NCBI GenBank assembly: GCA_031962025.1
Contig: JAVRKW010000006.1
Direction: 5' to 3' (one strand)
Origin: Pseudothermotoga sp.
GTDB taxonomy: Bacteria > Thermotogota > Thermotogae > Thermotogales > DSM-5069
DNA length: 64,000 nt
The position numbers were made by a program, and so were the translations under genes. The notes below the pieces were generated by a model. That model made no database searches and was not told the origin of the DNA. It was given only the letters and a program-made list of their open reading frames with translations. Shown here one piece after another: positions 1 through 9,385 of this stretch; the first letter of the stretch is position 1, and every line of letters starts with the position of its first letter.

Positions 1-260
1 GTAGCCGGTGCAACAACGAGCACATCCGGCCATTTTGATAACTCTGTGTGAGGTATGAAACCATTTCTTATGTTGAAAGCGTCTGAATCGGTATAAACTT
101 CGCAATTTCCAACTGCTGAGAACAGATCCTTTGAAACGAGTCTCTCAGCACTCTGTGTCATTACGATTTTCAGTTCGTTTCCAGACTTTCTGAGCGAACT
201 GACAAGTTCAGCAACTTTGTAGAGCGCTATGCATCCGGTTATTCCAACAAGTATTTTCAT
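1..260 (-). CDS. coaBC: Bifunctional phosphopantothenoylcysteine decarboxylase/synthase CoaBC, 5' part (runs off the window)
   Basis: Manual translation from ATG at 260: MKILVGITGCIALYKVAELVSSLRKSGNELKIVMTQSAERLV...HTELSKWPDVLVVAPAT, the flavoprotein N-terminus. Follows gmk-rpoZ as usual. Confidence 0.92.
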   Translation of the reverse strand, partial: MKILVGITGCIALYKVAELVSSLRKSGNELKIVMTQSAERLVSKDLFSAVGNCEVYTDSDAFNIRNGFIPHTELSKWPDVLVVAPA

Positions 261-392
261 CACAGCTGAGCGCAAAAACTCTATCGTAAGATACAAAAGA
301 GTGCGCTCTTTCCTCCTTTTAAGCATTTTTGAAATTGCATAACCATGATATGTCGCGACCCACTTAACGTAGCACGATGGGTTTTGTTGAGA
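261..392 (-). mobile_element. Miniature IscB/HEARO-like (IS200/IS605) remnant, copy 1
   Basis: Minus strand has GCTACGTTAAGTGGGTCGCGACA (omegaRNA-like), then AAAAGGAGGAAA-GAGCGCA...TGCGCTC hairpin (268-308), 7 nt, then ATGAAA. Same layout as 50156-50343. Confidence 0.6.
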
Positions 393-623
393 TCACTTTA
401 CTTCCGGCAGAAGAATTTTCAATATCTCCTCGTTTTTGATCCTTATATAACCTTCTTGAAGTTCTTTAAAAGCAATTGATACCAGATTACCATCTGGTGT
501 TGTCACGTATGGTTTTGCGTACTCTTTCAATGCTTCTGCTCTTTTGGCAACTGCAATGGGTACCGCGTACTTGTAAGGTATTCTTTTAGACAGATAATCG
601 TAGTTTATGACTGGTCTACTCAA
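393..623 (-). CDS. rpoZ: RNA polymerase omega subunit
   Basis: [13 protein letters not shown]...SIAFKEL motif; lies between gmk and coaBC. TTG start at 623 after GGAGGTGG. Confidence 0.85.
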   Translation of the reverse strand: MSRPVINYDYLSKRIPYKYAVPIAVAKRAEALKEYAKPYVTTPDGNLVSIAFKELQEGYIRIKNEEILKILLPEVK

Positions 624-1242
624 TATCTCCACCTCCGTTTTCGAAGAATCTGTGCAAACCCAGCCGGTCAATAACTCGTTTGACCTTCAACTGTTCTGCA
701 ACAATTATAGAACATAACTGCTCGATTGATTCCTGTAAATTTGCGTTGACTATTATATACTCAAAATTCGGAATGTACGAAAGTTCTTTTTTGGCATCTT
801 CAAGCCGTCTTTGGAGATTTTCCCTGTCTTCCGTGCCACGATTGATCAGTCTTTGCTTGAGCACGTCGAAGGATGGCGGTGCAATGAATATGTATACGGC
901 GTCTTTGTATTTGTTCATAACTGTCATTGCTCCCTGTACGTCGATGTCAAGCAGCACACTCTTTCCATTCTCAATTTGCTCCTGAACAAACTTCTTCGGT
1001 GTTCCGTAATAATGATTGTGAACCACTGCCCATTCAAGAAATTCTTCACGCTCGATCATTTCTCTGAATTTTACGACATCGACGAAAAAGTAATCTTTTC
1101 CTTCGACTTCGCCCGGTCTTTTAGGTCTGGTGGTGCACGAAACAGAGAATACTATGTTCTTAACTTTTTTCAAGGTCGCTTCTATGATGGAGGTTTTGCC
1201 CACACCTGATGGTCCGCTGATCACATACAGAACACCTTTCAC
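616..1242 (-). CDS. gmk: Guanylate kinase
   Basis: GPSGVGKT P-loop, [31 protein letters not shown]. Confidence 0.97.
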   Translation of the reverse strand: MKGVLYVISGPSGVGKTSIIEATLKKVKNIVFSVSCTTRPKRPGEVEGKDYFFVDVVKFREMIEREEFLEWAVVHNHYYGTPKKFVQEQIENGKSVLLDIDVQGAMTVMNKYKDAVYIFIAPPSFDVLKQRLINRGTEDRENLQRRLEDAKKELSYIPNFEYIIVNANLQESIEQLCSIIVAEQLKVKRVIDRLGLHRFFENGGGDIE

Positions 1243-1246
1243 TCTA

Positions 1247-1522
1247 CTACCTCACTTTGTTCAGATTTTCCTCGATCTCTATCATCGATTGCTTGAATCT
1301 TTGGGCTATTGTTTCTGGCTGGATTGCACTGAGTATTATGTGGTTGCTGTCTGTAATCAGTATAGCTCTTGTCTTTCTGCCATAGGTAGCATCGATGAGT
1401 TTACCTTCATCTTTGGCTTCATCTTTGAGCCGTTTCAATGGAGCGGATTCCGGATTTACGATTGCTATCACACGATCACCTGAGATCACATTACCAAAAC
1501 CTATGTTGATCAAACCGTACAT
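1247..1522 (-). CDS. DUF370 / RemA family protein
   Basis: [29 protein letters not shown]...[12 protein letters not shown]; usual yicC-DUF370-gmk order. Confidence 0.92.
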   Translation of the reverse strand: MYGLINIGFGNVISGDRVIAIVNPESAPLKRLKDEAKDEGKLIDATYGRKTRAILITDSNHIILSAIQPETIAQRFKQSMIEIEENLNKVR

Positions 1523-1544
1523 CGCGGACCACACCTCCTAAGGA

Positions 1545-2423
1545 TTACTCAATGTTTTGGATCTGTTCTCTGAACTGAGAAACCAGTACCTTTGCTTTTA
1601 AAGCGTTGTCTGTGATTCTCTGGTCTTGCGATTTGGACAAAATCGTGTTGATTTCTCTGAACATCTCCTGAGCGACAAAGTCAAGGTGATTGCCGACAGG
1701 ATCGTTCAATGAAAGAAGCTGCTTGGCTTTTTCTATATGGCTCTTCAATCTGGTGAGTTCCTCTCGTATGTCGGCTCGCTGTACTGCCAGAACCACTGCG
1801 TTCTCAAGCAATCCTTCATTTAGCTGTGTACTGTTGTCGAGTATCTTTTTTACATCCTGTATGATTTTTTCTTTCATGAGCAGCGGCGATTGTTCACTGA
1901 GTCTGGAAATTTCATCGTGTAAAATCTGTAATTGCTGGAGTATCTTTTCAAAATCCTGTGCTAATTTCAATCCTTCTTCTAATCTTTCTTCATCCAGCAG
2001 TTTTAAGGTTTTCTGGACAACCTGCTGCACGATTTCAAAAATTTCCTCTTCTTGCTGTTGAGATAGTTCAAACCGCACAAGGTCTCGGAAGCGCAAAAGG
2101 TTATCTAAATTGACCGGCTCAGGTATCCCAAGCCGGCTGACAAGGTCTTCCATGGCATCGTAATAACTTTTTGCAAGACCATAATCGATTTTCACTGCAT
2201 CCAGCGGTGTCAAAAATTCCACATATAATCTCAGGGCTACCTTGCCTCTTTTTACGACATTCTGTATGAGCTGTACCAGTTCACTTTCTCTGCTGAACAT
2301 GAAAGAAGGAGACTGAATGTCTGTAACAAAATATTTCGAGTTCAGCGATTTTATTTCGCACAGAACTCTGTACTTGTCGCTAATTTTTTCGTATTTTGCA
2401 TAACCTGTCATGCTCTTTGGCAA
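1545..2423 (-). CDS. YicC/YloC family endoribonuclease
   Basis: KSMTGY N-terminus, EIKSLNSKY, DIREELTRLKSH, LDFVAQEMFREINT, REQIQNIE. Confidence 0.93.
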   Translation of the reverse strand: MPKSMTGYAKYEKISDKYRVLCEIKSLNSKYFVTDIQSPSFMFSRESELVQLIQNVVKRGKVALRLYVEFLTPLDAVKIDYGLAKSYYDAMEDLVSRLGIPEPVNLDNLLRFRDLVRFELSQQQEEEIFEIVQQVVQKTLKLLDEERLEEGLKLAQDFEKILQQLQILHDEISRLSEQSPLLMKEKIIQDVKKILDNSTQLNEGLLENAVVLAVQRADIREELTRLKSHIEKAKQLLSLNDPVGNHLDFVAQEMFREINTILSKSQDQRITDNALKAKVLVSQFREQIQNIE

Positions 2424-2510
2424 AATATCCCCACCTATGTCTAACTATACCACATTTCAATCGAAAATAGCCGTTTATATCTTTTTATCTCTTCATAACT
2501 CATTTTCTCT

Positions 2511-4700
2511 TTAGAAAGCTGCACCAAATCGGAAGAATGGTTTGAAGTTATCAAAACTCCAGTTTCCGTCAAAGTTGTAAGCCACACCAAAACCGATTAC
2601 TCCCAGCATAGGTACTGCAATGTCAAGTTCAGGTCCTGCTGTGAAATTCAATCTTGTTTTCCACAGACTCTCACCCGTTCCGCCTACATCTGCAAATGCG
2701 AGTAAATACATCGGTACAGTTTGTGATTTCAGATCGTATCTGAGCTCAATGCTACCAAGCCAGCCGGCTTTTTGCTCAGTACTTTCTGTGCCTCTCACCG
2801 CATTGACACCGTAGAATAATATCTTTTCTTCAGACACCCCGGATAATTTGTATTTTTCCAAGAACAAACTTGCAGCAAAACCTCTGAATGCTAGTGAGAA
2901 AAGATCTTCGTAGACTGGCACAAAGGCTCTGGCATCGAGTCTGGCTTTCCAGTAGTCTCTATCGTTCAGAATTTGAAAAAGTCCTGCCTTGTCCAATCCT
3001 ATGTAGAGATACTGACCATTTGTTGCAAAAATTGCACTGTTGCGCGTGTCATAAGAGTAATTGCCCGACAGGATCAAAGTGTTTTCATCATCGCTCAAAT
3101 ACGAATAGTACCTGTATTCGTAAGTCACACCGGCCCCAAAGGCATGTCCCTGTGATCTGAGAGTAGTGAAGTTAGCACCTATCTTTAAGATATTCGTTAT
3201 TGACGAATTAGACGTTTCGTATTCATAGCTGAAAAGTGCTCCAAGCGTTGCAGGCAGTTCAAAAGGTTTTCTCACAGAATAGTCAAAGCTGATGCTTTTG
3301 TTTGTCAAGCCCAGTTTACCGGTTATGGAAAAGCTCTGTCCGTATCCAAAAGGATTGGTTGTGCCCAGGGTTACTTCTCCCATGAACCCTTCATACCAGG
3401 GTCCCTGGGTAGGAGTCCATGTTATACCGCCGTTGAGATCAAATTTTCTCTTTTTTTCGGTTATATCTACTATAACTTTGACCTGGGTTGAATCCACTGT
3501 ACCTACGGGATATGCATTAACAGATTCAAAGAACTGTGTTCGGTTCAGTGCAGAGACCGTATCATAGAAATCCTGTTTCTTGAGAGGTTCACCTTTTTCG
3601 AATGTGATTAAATCACTTATGACATATTTTTTTGTTGTTTCAAGACCTTTGAGTTCCACATCAGAAACGTACTTTTCTAAAACCTGAAATTGTAATTTGT
3701 CCTGCTGCTCTTTTGCTATGACATACGTCATTGGATAACCCTTGCTCTCGTAGTAATCGACGATGGCTTGCATAGACTTGAGAATATCGACGTTGTAAAC
3801 AGCCTGATCTGGTTTGACGCTCAGAGAATTTTTGAGTTCTTCTGTTGGTATGAGTTTGTTCCCGATAATTTCAATCTCTTTGTAAACTTTGCTGTCTGAT
3901 ATGATCTTTTTAAGAACCACGTTGATTTTCAGGACCGCCGTCTTTTCAGCAACACCAGGTACTTCCATCTTTTCAAAATTGATTGAAGTCTCTTTGTCGA
4001 AGTACACATATTTACTCAACACGCTCATAACAGATGACATGTTCTCAACTTTTGGATAACAGCGCTTGATGTCCTTGGTTAAAATTCTCAAAAAACCAGG
4101 AGTTGTGTAAAAGTCCTTGAGCGTGTCTATTTTTATTTGCTGTCTGATTTTTGAAAAATCAAGTCCATCAGTTTCACCTTCAAAATAAACTTCCCACAGT
4201 GCGTACTGTGTTATTCTAAAAACGTAGATATCTTTATCCAGATCACCGCTGACTTCCACCAGAAAATAACCGGCTTCATCGAATTTTTCTTTGATCGCCT
4301 GCAGAGAGTCTCTGACTTTCGCAATGCTCAAGGCTTTGTTTTTCTCGAGTTTCACGGCTGCTTCCAGATCTGATTTTTTGACCAGTTCAGGTCCAACAAG
4401 GTCGATTTTCCAGCCTTTCACAACGGGATTTTCCTGAACATTGAGTTGAAGCACGTATCCATTATTGGATGAAATCAATCTTGGCTCAATAGAAGAAAAA
4501 TACCCTGTATCGAAGATCTTTTTAATCAGTTCTTGAACCCCCTGATCTGTCAATTCGATTTTCAAGTAGTCTTTCACTAAGGCAAGCAGCTGGGATGCTT
4601 CAACAGTTTCAAGCCCGACAAAATTAAGATCGCTTATCACCACTGCGGTCATTACACAGGATAAAACCACTGAGAACAAAAAAGTCAACCAGAGTCTCAT
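2511..4700 (-). CDS. Omp85/BamA family outer-membrane (toga) protein with POTRA domains
   Basis: Signal peptide, POTRA-like repeats (IIGNKLI...YYESKGY), NPFGYGQ, YDTRNS, VRG motif, C-terminal FRFGAAF. Confidence 0.85.
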   Translation of the reverse strand: MRLWLTFLFSVVLSCVMTAVVISDLNFVGLETVEASQLLALVKDYLKIELTDQGVQELIKKIFDTGYFSSIEPRLISSNNGYVLQLNVQENPVVKGWKIDLVGPELVKKSDLEAAVKLEKNKALSIAKVRDSLQAIKEKFDEAGYFLVEVSGDLDKDIYVFRITQYALWEVYFEGETDGLDFSKIRQQIKIDTLKDFYTTPGFLRILTKDIKRCYPKVENMSSVMSVLSKYVYFDKETSINFEKMEVPGVAEKTAVLKINVVLKKIISDSKVYKEIEIIGNKLIPTEELKNSLSVKPDQAVYNVDILKSMQAIVDYYESKGYPMTYVIAKEQQDKLQFQVLEKYVSDVELKGLETTKKYVISDLITFEKGEPLKKQDFYDTVSALNRTQFFESVNAYPVGTVDSTQVKVIVDITEKKRKFDLNGGITWTPTQGPWYEGFMGEVTLGTTNPFGYGQSFSITGKLGLTNKSISFDYSVRKPFELPATLGALFSYEYETSNSSITNILKIGANFTTLRSQGHAFGAGVTYEYRYYSYLSDDENTLILSGNYSYDTRNSAIFATNGQYLYIGLDKAGLFQILNDRDYWKARLDARAFVPVYEDLFSLAFRGFAASLFLEKYKLSGVSEEKILFYGVNAVRGTESTEQKAGWLGSIELRYDLKSQTVPMYLLAFADVGGTGESLWKTRLNFTAGPELDIAVPMLGVIGFGVAYNFDGNWSFDNFKPFFRFGAAF

Positions 4701-5251
4701 TAAGGCACCTCCTCTATGATACTTTTTTCAAGTTCTTCAACTGCTTCATAAACCAGCTTCATGGCAGAAGGTGAAGAAAAATCCTTTAACAGCTCTTTAA
4801 GCTGGCTGCTCGATATGGTATAGGATCTTTCGTCTTTGTATCTGTACACGACTAATTCTACATCATTTGATGATAGTAGCAATGTAGAAATCGAATCTGA
4901 AAGTTCTCCTATATCCTGGCAGTCAACGTGGTTGGTATCAAAACAGGCTCTCACTGTTGTGCCAACACCTTTTACACTTTCCACCTTTACGCTTCCACCT
5001 GTTGCCTCTGCTGCCTGTTTGAGAAAAGGTAAACCAAGCCCCACTCTTCTCACGCGTGGATCTCTTGTTGTATAAAATGGATCGAATATCTTATGGAGTT
5101 GTTCTTCATCCATACCTCTTCCGTTGTCTTCAACCTCAAAGCAAAACCAGTTTTTGTTCTGTTCGATCCTTAAAATTATCCTGCTTGCACCGGCATTGAG
5201 AGAATTCTGCACAATGTCCATTATGTGATCGGATATGGTCCTCAATCCCAT
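4700..5251 (-). CDS. Stand-alone histidine-kinase-like ATPase (HATPase_c)
   Basis: DIVQNSLNAGA (N box), EDNGRGM (G1), FDPFYTT (F), GLGLP (G2); no sensor or DHp domain. Confidence 0.85.
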   Translation of the reverse strand: MGLRTISDHIMDIVQNSLNAGASRIILRIEQNKNWFCFEVEDNGRGMDEEQLHKIFDPFYTTRDPRVRRVGLGLPFLKQAAEATGGSVKVESVKGVGTTVRACFDTNHVDCQDIGELSDSISTLLLSSNDVELVVYRYKDERSYTISSSQLKELLKDFSSPSAMKLVYEAVEELEKSIIEEVP

Positions 5252-5955
5252 ATCGAAAGAACCTTCTCTCTGCTTGGCTTGGATAAGACATGAAACAGTT
5301 CTTCAAAGTTCAAATCTTTTAGTGCCAATCTTGTAAATCTGCAACCTATTTCGTCTGGACTGTGAGCATCTGAGTTGCTGAGCACGGTGAAACCGGCTTT
5401 AACAGCTTCAATCCATCCATCTTTTGTACGTGCTTCAGCCAGTTTAACCCGCTCATCTTTTGGAAAGACACCAAGTTGATACAGTATTCCAAATCGTCTT
5501 TCGACATGTGCGTAAGCCGGTATTCCACCATGCGAACAGATGATATCTACAAGATCGCTAAGTGATAGTTCAAGGGCTATACCCAAAAAATCTTCTTCTA
5601 ACCTTTGAAATTCATCTTTTTCATTCACAACTATCTGATATCCCATCAACTCAGGGTCGTAGTTGACTTTTGGCAAGAATCTTTTTACAAAATTACACAG
5701 ATTGATCGCCGCTTCAATTGAATAAAAATAAGCCAGTACATGAACTTCCTCAAAAGAAGTGAGTTCCACACCCGGAACGAAAAGACCGCTGATTTTTTTA
5801 GCGAAACTTTCCAAGTTGTAACAGGCATTGTGATCTGTTATGGATACCACATCCAGTTTTTTCTCTCTGATTGCCGAAGATATGATACCCGGTACCATTG
5901 TTATCTGGGCACATGGCGATAAGCATGAGTGCACGTGAAGATCTGCCTTTATCAT
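5242..5955 (-). CDS. PHP domain phosphoesterase
   Basis: DLHVHSCLSPC, ITDHN, PGVEL, AHVER, NSDAH. Confidence 0.9.
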   Translation of the reverse strand: MIKADLHVHSCLSPCAQITMVPGIISSAIREKKLDVVSITDHNACYNLESFAKKISGLFVPGVELTSFEEVHVLAYFYSIEAAINLCNFVKRFLPKVNYDPELMGYQIVVNEKDEFQRLEEDFLGIALELSLSDLVDIICSHGGIPAYAHVERRFGILYQLGVFPKDERVKLAEARTKDGWIEAVKAGFTVLSNSDAHSPDEIGCRFTRLALKDLNFEELFHVLSKPSREKVLSIWD

Positions 5956-6284
5956 GACTTGATTCCAATTGAATACAGTAATCCCGCGATTTCAAAAGGA
6001 GAACTGCTGGTTTTCAGCAGACATATACCCTCGTGCTCTGCTTTCACAATAGTTTCCTGAGGATATTTGTGACCGTTACACAATACTATCGCTTTTATAC
6101 CGGAGATTGCCGCCACCGCAACGATATTCACATGCGATTGCACAGTTACCCAGATTGAAGAAGGCTTTGCATGCGACATAACCTCGCTGAGAAGATCTCC
6201 ACTGCAACCGTAAAGTACTTCCTGCTCACAATTTCCGCAACAGATTTCTAACCCCAGTTTTTCTGCGATTTGAGAGATTTTCAC
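5952..6284 (-). CDS. DRTGG domain protein
   Basis: GDLLSEVM...IWVTVQSHVNIVAVA. Confidence 0.8.
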   Translation of the reverse strand: MKISQIAEKLGLEICCGNCEQEVLYGCSGDLLSEVMSHAKPSSIWVTVQSHVNIVAVAAISGIKAIVLCNGHKYPQETIVKAEHEGICLLKTSSSPFEIAGLLYSIGIKS

Positions 6285-7228
6285 TGTTTTGCCTCCCTTC
6301 CCCTTAAAAATTCCATTTCAACCACTACGCCGGCACCTACCTTTGACATGACTATCATGTTGTCTGAACAGCGCTTCATGTTTGCAAGACCCATTCCCGC
6401 ACCGAAGCCAAGCTCTCTCACATAATCTGGTGCTGTAGAATAACCCTCACGCATCGCCAGTTCAACGTCTTCAATCCCTCTGCCTGTGTCTTCGACTCTC
6501 ACAAAAATGCTTTCGGGTTTTATGAAACAGTATATCGCACCTGTGCTGCCACTGTGAATGACCACATTTGTCTCGGCTTCGTAGGTGGCAATCGATACTC
6601 TTCTTGCTGTTTTTTCATCGACTCCTTTTGAAAGCAAAAACTGTCTGAGTTTTGATGCACCTACCCCGGCAAGGTTTATGTCAAAGTAATCTATGGGAAA
6701 ATAAAAATCTGCACCGGATTTGTCCAATCTTTCACCGGTCAAAAGAGACCTCGCAAAATACTCTGGGCTGTCGAGAACCTCACGACGCCTTTCGTCATGA
6801 AGATAAACAAGTCCAAGTTTGGCAAGTAAAGCCATCATCACATCGTTTTTGGTGACTATTCCAACCAGTCTTTTTTCACTATCCACAACGGGAAATCTTC
6901 CATAAGACCATTTCTCAAAAAACTCTATCACTTCTTTTAAAGTCGCTGTACTTTCGATGAAAATGACATTTTTAGTCATTCTGTTTTCAACGGTGTCGTC
7001 TATATATCCCCCTTCCAGGGCTTTTATTATGTCTTCGATGCTCACTATGCCTATTAGTTTTCTGTCACTGTCAACTACGGGCAGACCAGAAATTCTTTTG
7101 ATTCGAAGAATTTCCTTAACTTGTCTGAGTGTTCTATCTGGTTTCACGGAGATGACACTGTGGTTCATTATCTCCGTAATGGACATGTCCAAGAAAAAAC
7201 CCTGCACACGATCGAGTATTTTTTCCAT
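6281..7228 (-). CDS. CBS-pair protein fused to an RsbT/SpoIIAB-like anti-sigma Ser/Thr kinase domain
   Basis: Two CBS repeats (ISGLPVVD; GRFPVVD), then IATYEAETNVVIHS, EDTGRGIEDVELAMREGYST, GAGMGLANMKR. Confidence 0.85.
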   Translation of the reverse strand: MEKILDRVQGFFLDMSITEIMNHSVISVKPDRTLRQVKEILRIKRISGLPVVDSDRKLIGIVSIEDIIKALEGGYIDDTVENRMTKNVIFIESTATLKEVIEFFEKWSYGRFPVVDSEKRLVGIVTKNDVMMALLAKLGLVYLHDERRREVLDSPEYFARSLLTGERLDKSGADFYFPIDYFDINLAGVGASKLRQFLLSKGVDEKTARRVSIATYEAETNVVIHSGSTGAIYCFIKPESIFVRVEDTGRGIEDVELAMREGYSTAPDYVRELGFGAGMGLANMKRCSDNMIVMSKVGAGVVVEMEFLRGREAKQ

Positions 7229-7231
7229 CGT

Positions 7232-7585
7232 TCAGACACTCCAAACAGGTTTGAGTTTTTTGTTATAGAGCCTTCCACAGGCTTCAAACATGGTCATTTT
7301 CGTAACGGCAAGCACTATTCCACAGGCACGTGCCATTTCCACCGTTTCGGATGGGAGAGTATCTTTTCTGACAATTATGACTGCCTGTATTCCGACAACC
7401 TCTGCTGTTCTGACAACCTGTGGTGTTGTCAACCCTGTTAACAGGACCATACCAGGTCTTGCTATTGCCAGCACTTCACTCATCAAATCTGAAGCAGAAA
7501 TGTATTCAAATTCGAGCTCATTGACTTTTTCCTCACCAGTTATGACCTTTGCTTTGACTTCTGCTAAGATTTCTGAAAGCTTCAC
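7232..7585 (-). CDS. DRTGG domain protein
   Basis: [10 protein letters not shown]...[16 protein letters not shown]...MFEACGRLY. Confidence 0.8.
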   Translation of the reverse strand: MKLSEILAEVKAKVITGEEKVNELEFEYISASDLMSEVLAIARPGMVLLTGLTTPQVVRTAEVVGIQAVIIVRKDTLPSETVEMARACGIVLAVTKMTMFEACGRLYNKKLKPVWSV

Positions 7586-8235
7586 AAATTCACCTCCTTG
7601 AGGATATCTCCTGTGTATCGGTATTTCAAAAATGCTTCATAGGTCCATGGACAGAGCTGTTTGAAAATGCGAGCAACGGCGATTGCAAACTGCTGCATCT
7701 CCCATTGAGCATGTGAGTCTGCTCTCAAAGAAAGAAAGTTCATGAGACTTCTTGCGTTAACTGTCCAGATAAACTGTGTGTAAGTGGCAAGTGGAAGGAC
7801 CAGTCGCGCTATTTCCCTTTGAAGACCCATTTGCAGCAACTGCATGTAACACCTATAAGAGTTTTCGTATGCCTGCTCGATGATCTGCCTTGCCTGTTCA
7901 CTTTGCTCTTTAGCAAATCTCTTCTCAAAATCAGGTGAATAAAATTCGTCAGTGAACTGAGTGTATCTTCCGCTCAGCTCGTTGTATGATGCTATTCTGT
8001 GTCTCATCCACTGTCTTGCCACAAAGATCGGACATTTAATGTGGAAAGTGAAAACGACATGTTCAAAAGGTGATTCATGCCCGCTTTTCAATAGATGTTC
8101 CAGTAATCTTCTGTCTCTCTCTTCATCGATCGGCTCCTTGCCATGAGAAATCCTTGCGGCTCTAACTATCGAGATATCTGTTCCCATGCTGTCTATCAGC
8201 TTCACAAACCCTTTATCGAGAACTTCTATGGTCAT
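7582..8235 (-). CDS. thyX: FAD-dependent thymidylate synthase
   Basis: [42 protein letters not shown]. Confidence 0.97.
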   Translation of the reverse strand: MTIEVLDKGFVKLIDSMGTDISIVRAARISHGKEPIDEERDRRLLEHLLKSGHESPFEHVVFTFHIKCPIFVARQWMRHRIASYNELSGRYTQFTDEFYSPDFEKRFAKEQSEQARQIIEQAYENSYRCYMQLLQMGLQREIARLVLPLATYTQFIWTVNARSLMNFLSLRADSHAQWEMQQFAIAVARIFKQLCPWTYEAFLKYRYTGDILKEVNL

Positions 8236-9014
8236 TGTGATTCCTCCTTGTTTTTAGTTACACAGGCATAGGCATTGTGATCGTGTATGGACTCGAAACT
8301 CTCAACTTCTACCTTATACCAGAAGATTCTGCTATCTTCGTTCAATTTGAGTGCAATCTCTCTTGCAACATCTTCAACAAACCTTGGATTGTCATACGCA
8401 TGTTCAGTAACGAATTTCTCATCGACTCTCTTTAGAATAGTGTACACCGGCGAGCTTGCACTTTTCTCTGCGTATTCTATCAGTTCCTCAAACCAGATTA
8501 ATCTTTTAGAACGCACATGTATCCAGACAATTGCCCTCTGATTGTGTGCTCCTCTTTCGCTGATCTCTTTTGAACACGGGCAAAGGGTGAGTATTGGTAC
8601 ACCTACACAGACGGTGAAATCGTACATATCGGCGGATTTTTGACCCTCTATCCGACAGGTGTACTTTGTAAAACTCTCCTGATTGGAAACAGGGGCATTT
8701 TTCAGCACAAAATACGGAAACTCTATTTCAACTCTTGCGACGCTGGCGTTTAAATTCATCCTGAGCTCTTCGAGCATCTGCTTTATGAGTTTTGGATCTA
8801 TTCCCAGGCGATATCTGTTCAGAACCTCGACAAATCTGCTCATGTGTGTTCCTCTGAATTCAACAGGTAGATCGACGTACATGTTTATATTAGCCACTGT
8901 ATCCTGATATCCATTTTTCTTATCCATCACTGTGACCGGATAGCTCAGATTTTTTATACCGACTCTTTGCAGATATACGTTTCTTGTGTCTGATTGACTC
9001 TGTACGTCTTTCAT
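8232..9014 (-). CDS. folE2: GTP cyclohydrolase IB (Zn-independent)
   Basis: [39 protein letters not shown]. Confidence 0.95.
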   Translation of the reverse strand: MKDVQSQSDTRNVYLQRVGIKNLSYPVTVMDKKNGYQDTVANINMYVDLPVEFRGTHMSRFVEVLNRYRLGIDPKLIKQMLEELRMNLNASVARVEIEFPYFVLKNAPVSNQESFTKYTCRIEGQKSADMYDFTVCVGVPILTLCPCSKEISERGAHNQRAIVWIHVRSKRLIWFEELIEYAEKSASSPVYTILKRVDEKFVTEHAYDNPRFVEDVAREIALKLNEDSRIFWYKVEVESFESIHDHNAYACVTKNKEESQ

Positions 9015-9379
9015 TTACTCATCTCACCTCTATAAGTCACAAAAGTATCCGGACTTTCCCAGACGGTTATCTCATAAAGTGTGTGTCTCTCATTGGTGAG
9101 TTTGACTTTCAATTTATTCCAGATCCATTTTGATATATTCTCAGCCGTTGGTTGGCTGATAATTTGATTTAGATAACTGTGATCGAGTTGATCGAGCACT
9201 TCTTTTTTCACAATGTCTCTGAGCTCAATGAAATCTATGATCATACCCTCTTCATCTGGTTCACCAGCAAGAGTAACTCTAACCTTGTAAGTGTGACCAT
9301 GGAGTGACTCACATTTGCCGTGATAATTTTCAAGTCTGTGCGCGGCATCGAAATTGAAATCTCTGGATATGAAAAACAC
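9011..9379 (-). CDS. queD: 6-carboxytetrahydropterin synthase / PTPS
   Basis: FDAAHRL, CESLHGHTY, LDHSYLN, PTAENI, VWES. Confidence 0.92.
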   Translation of the reverse strand: MFFISRDFNFDAAHRLENYHGKCESLHGHTYKVRVTLAGEPDEEGMIIDFIELRDIVKKEVLDQLDHSYLNQIISQPTAENISKWIWNKLKVKLTNERHTLYEITVWESPDTFVTYRGEMSK

Positions 9380-9385
9380 ATTTCA

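Noticed and set aside
258..395. The rpoZ TGA is in frame with coaBC across 44 open codons, suggesting readthrough, selenocysteine or a fusion
   Set aside because: An open stretch this short is plausible by chance and is better explained by the element remnant; no SECIS-like hairpin follows the TGA.
7272..7284. CTTCCACAGGCTT resembling the putative TnpB guide
   Set aside because: A short, gapped match with no TGAT-like motif upstream; expected by chance.
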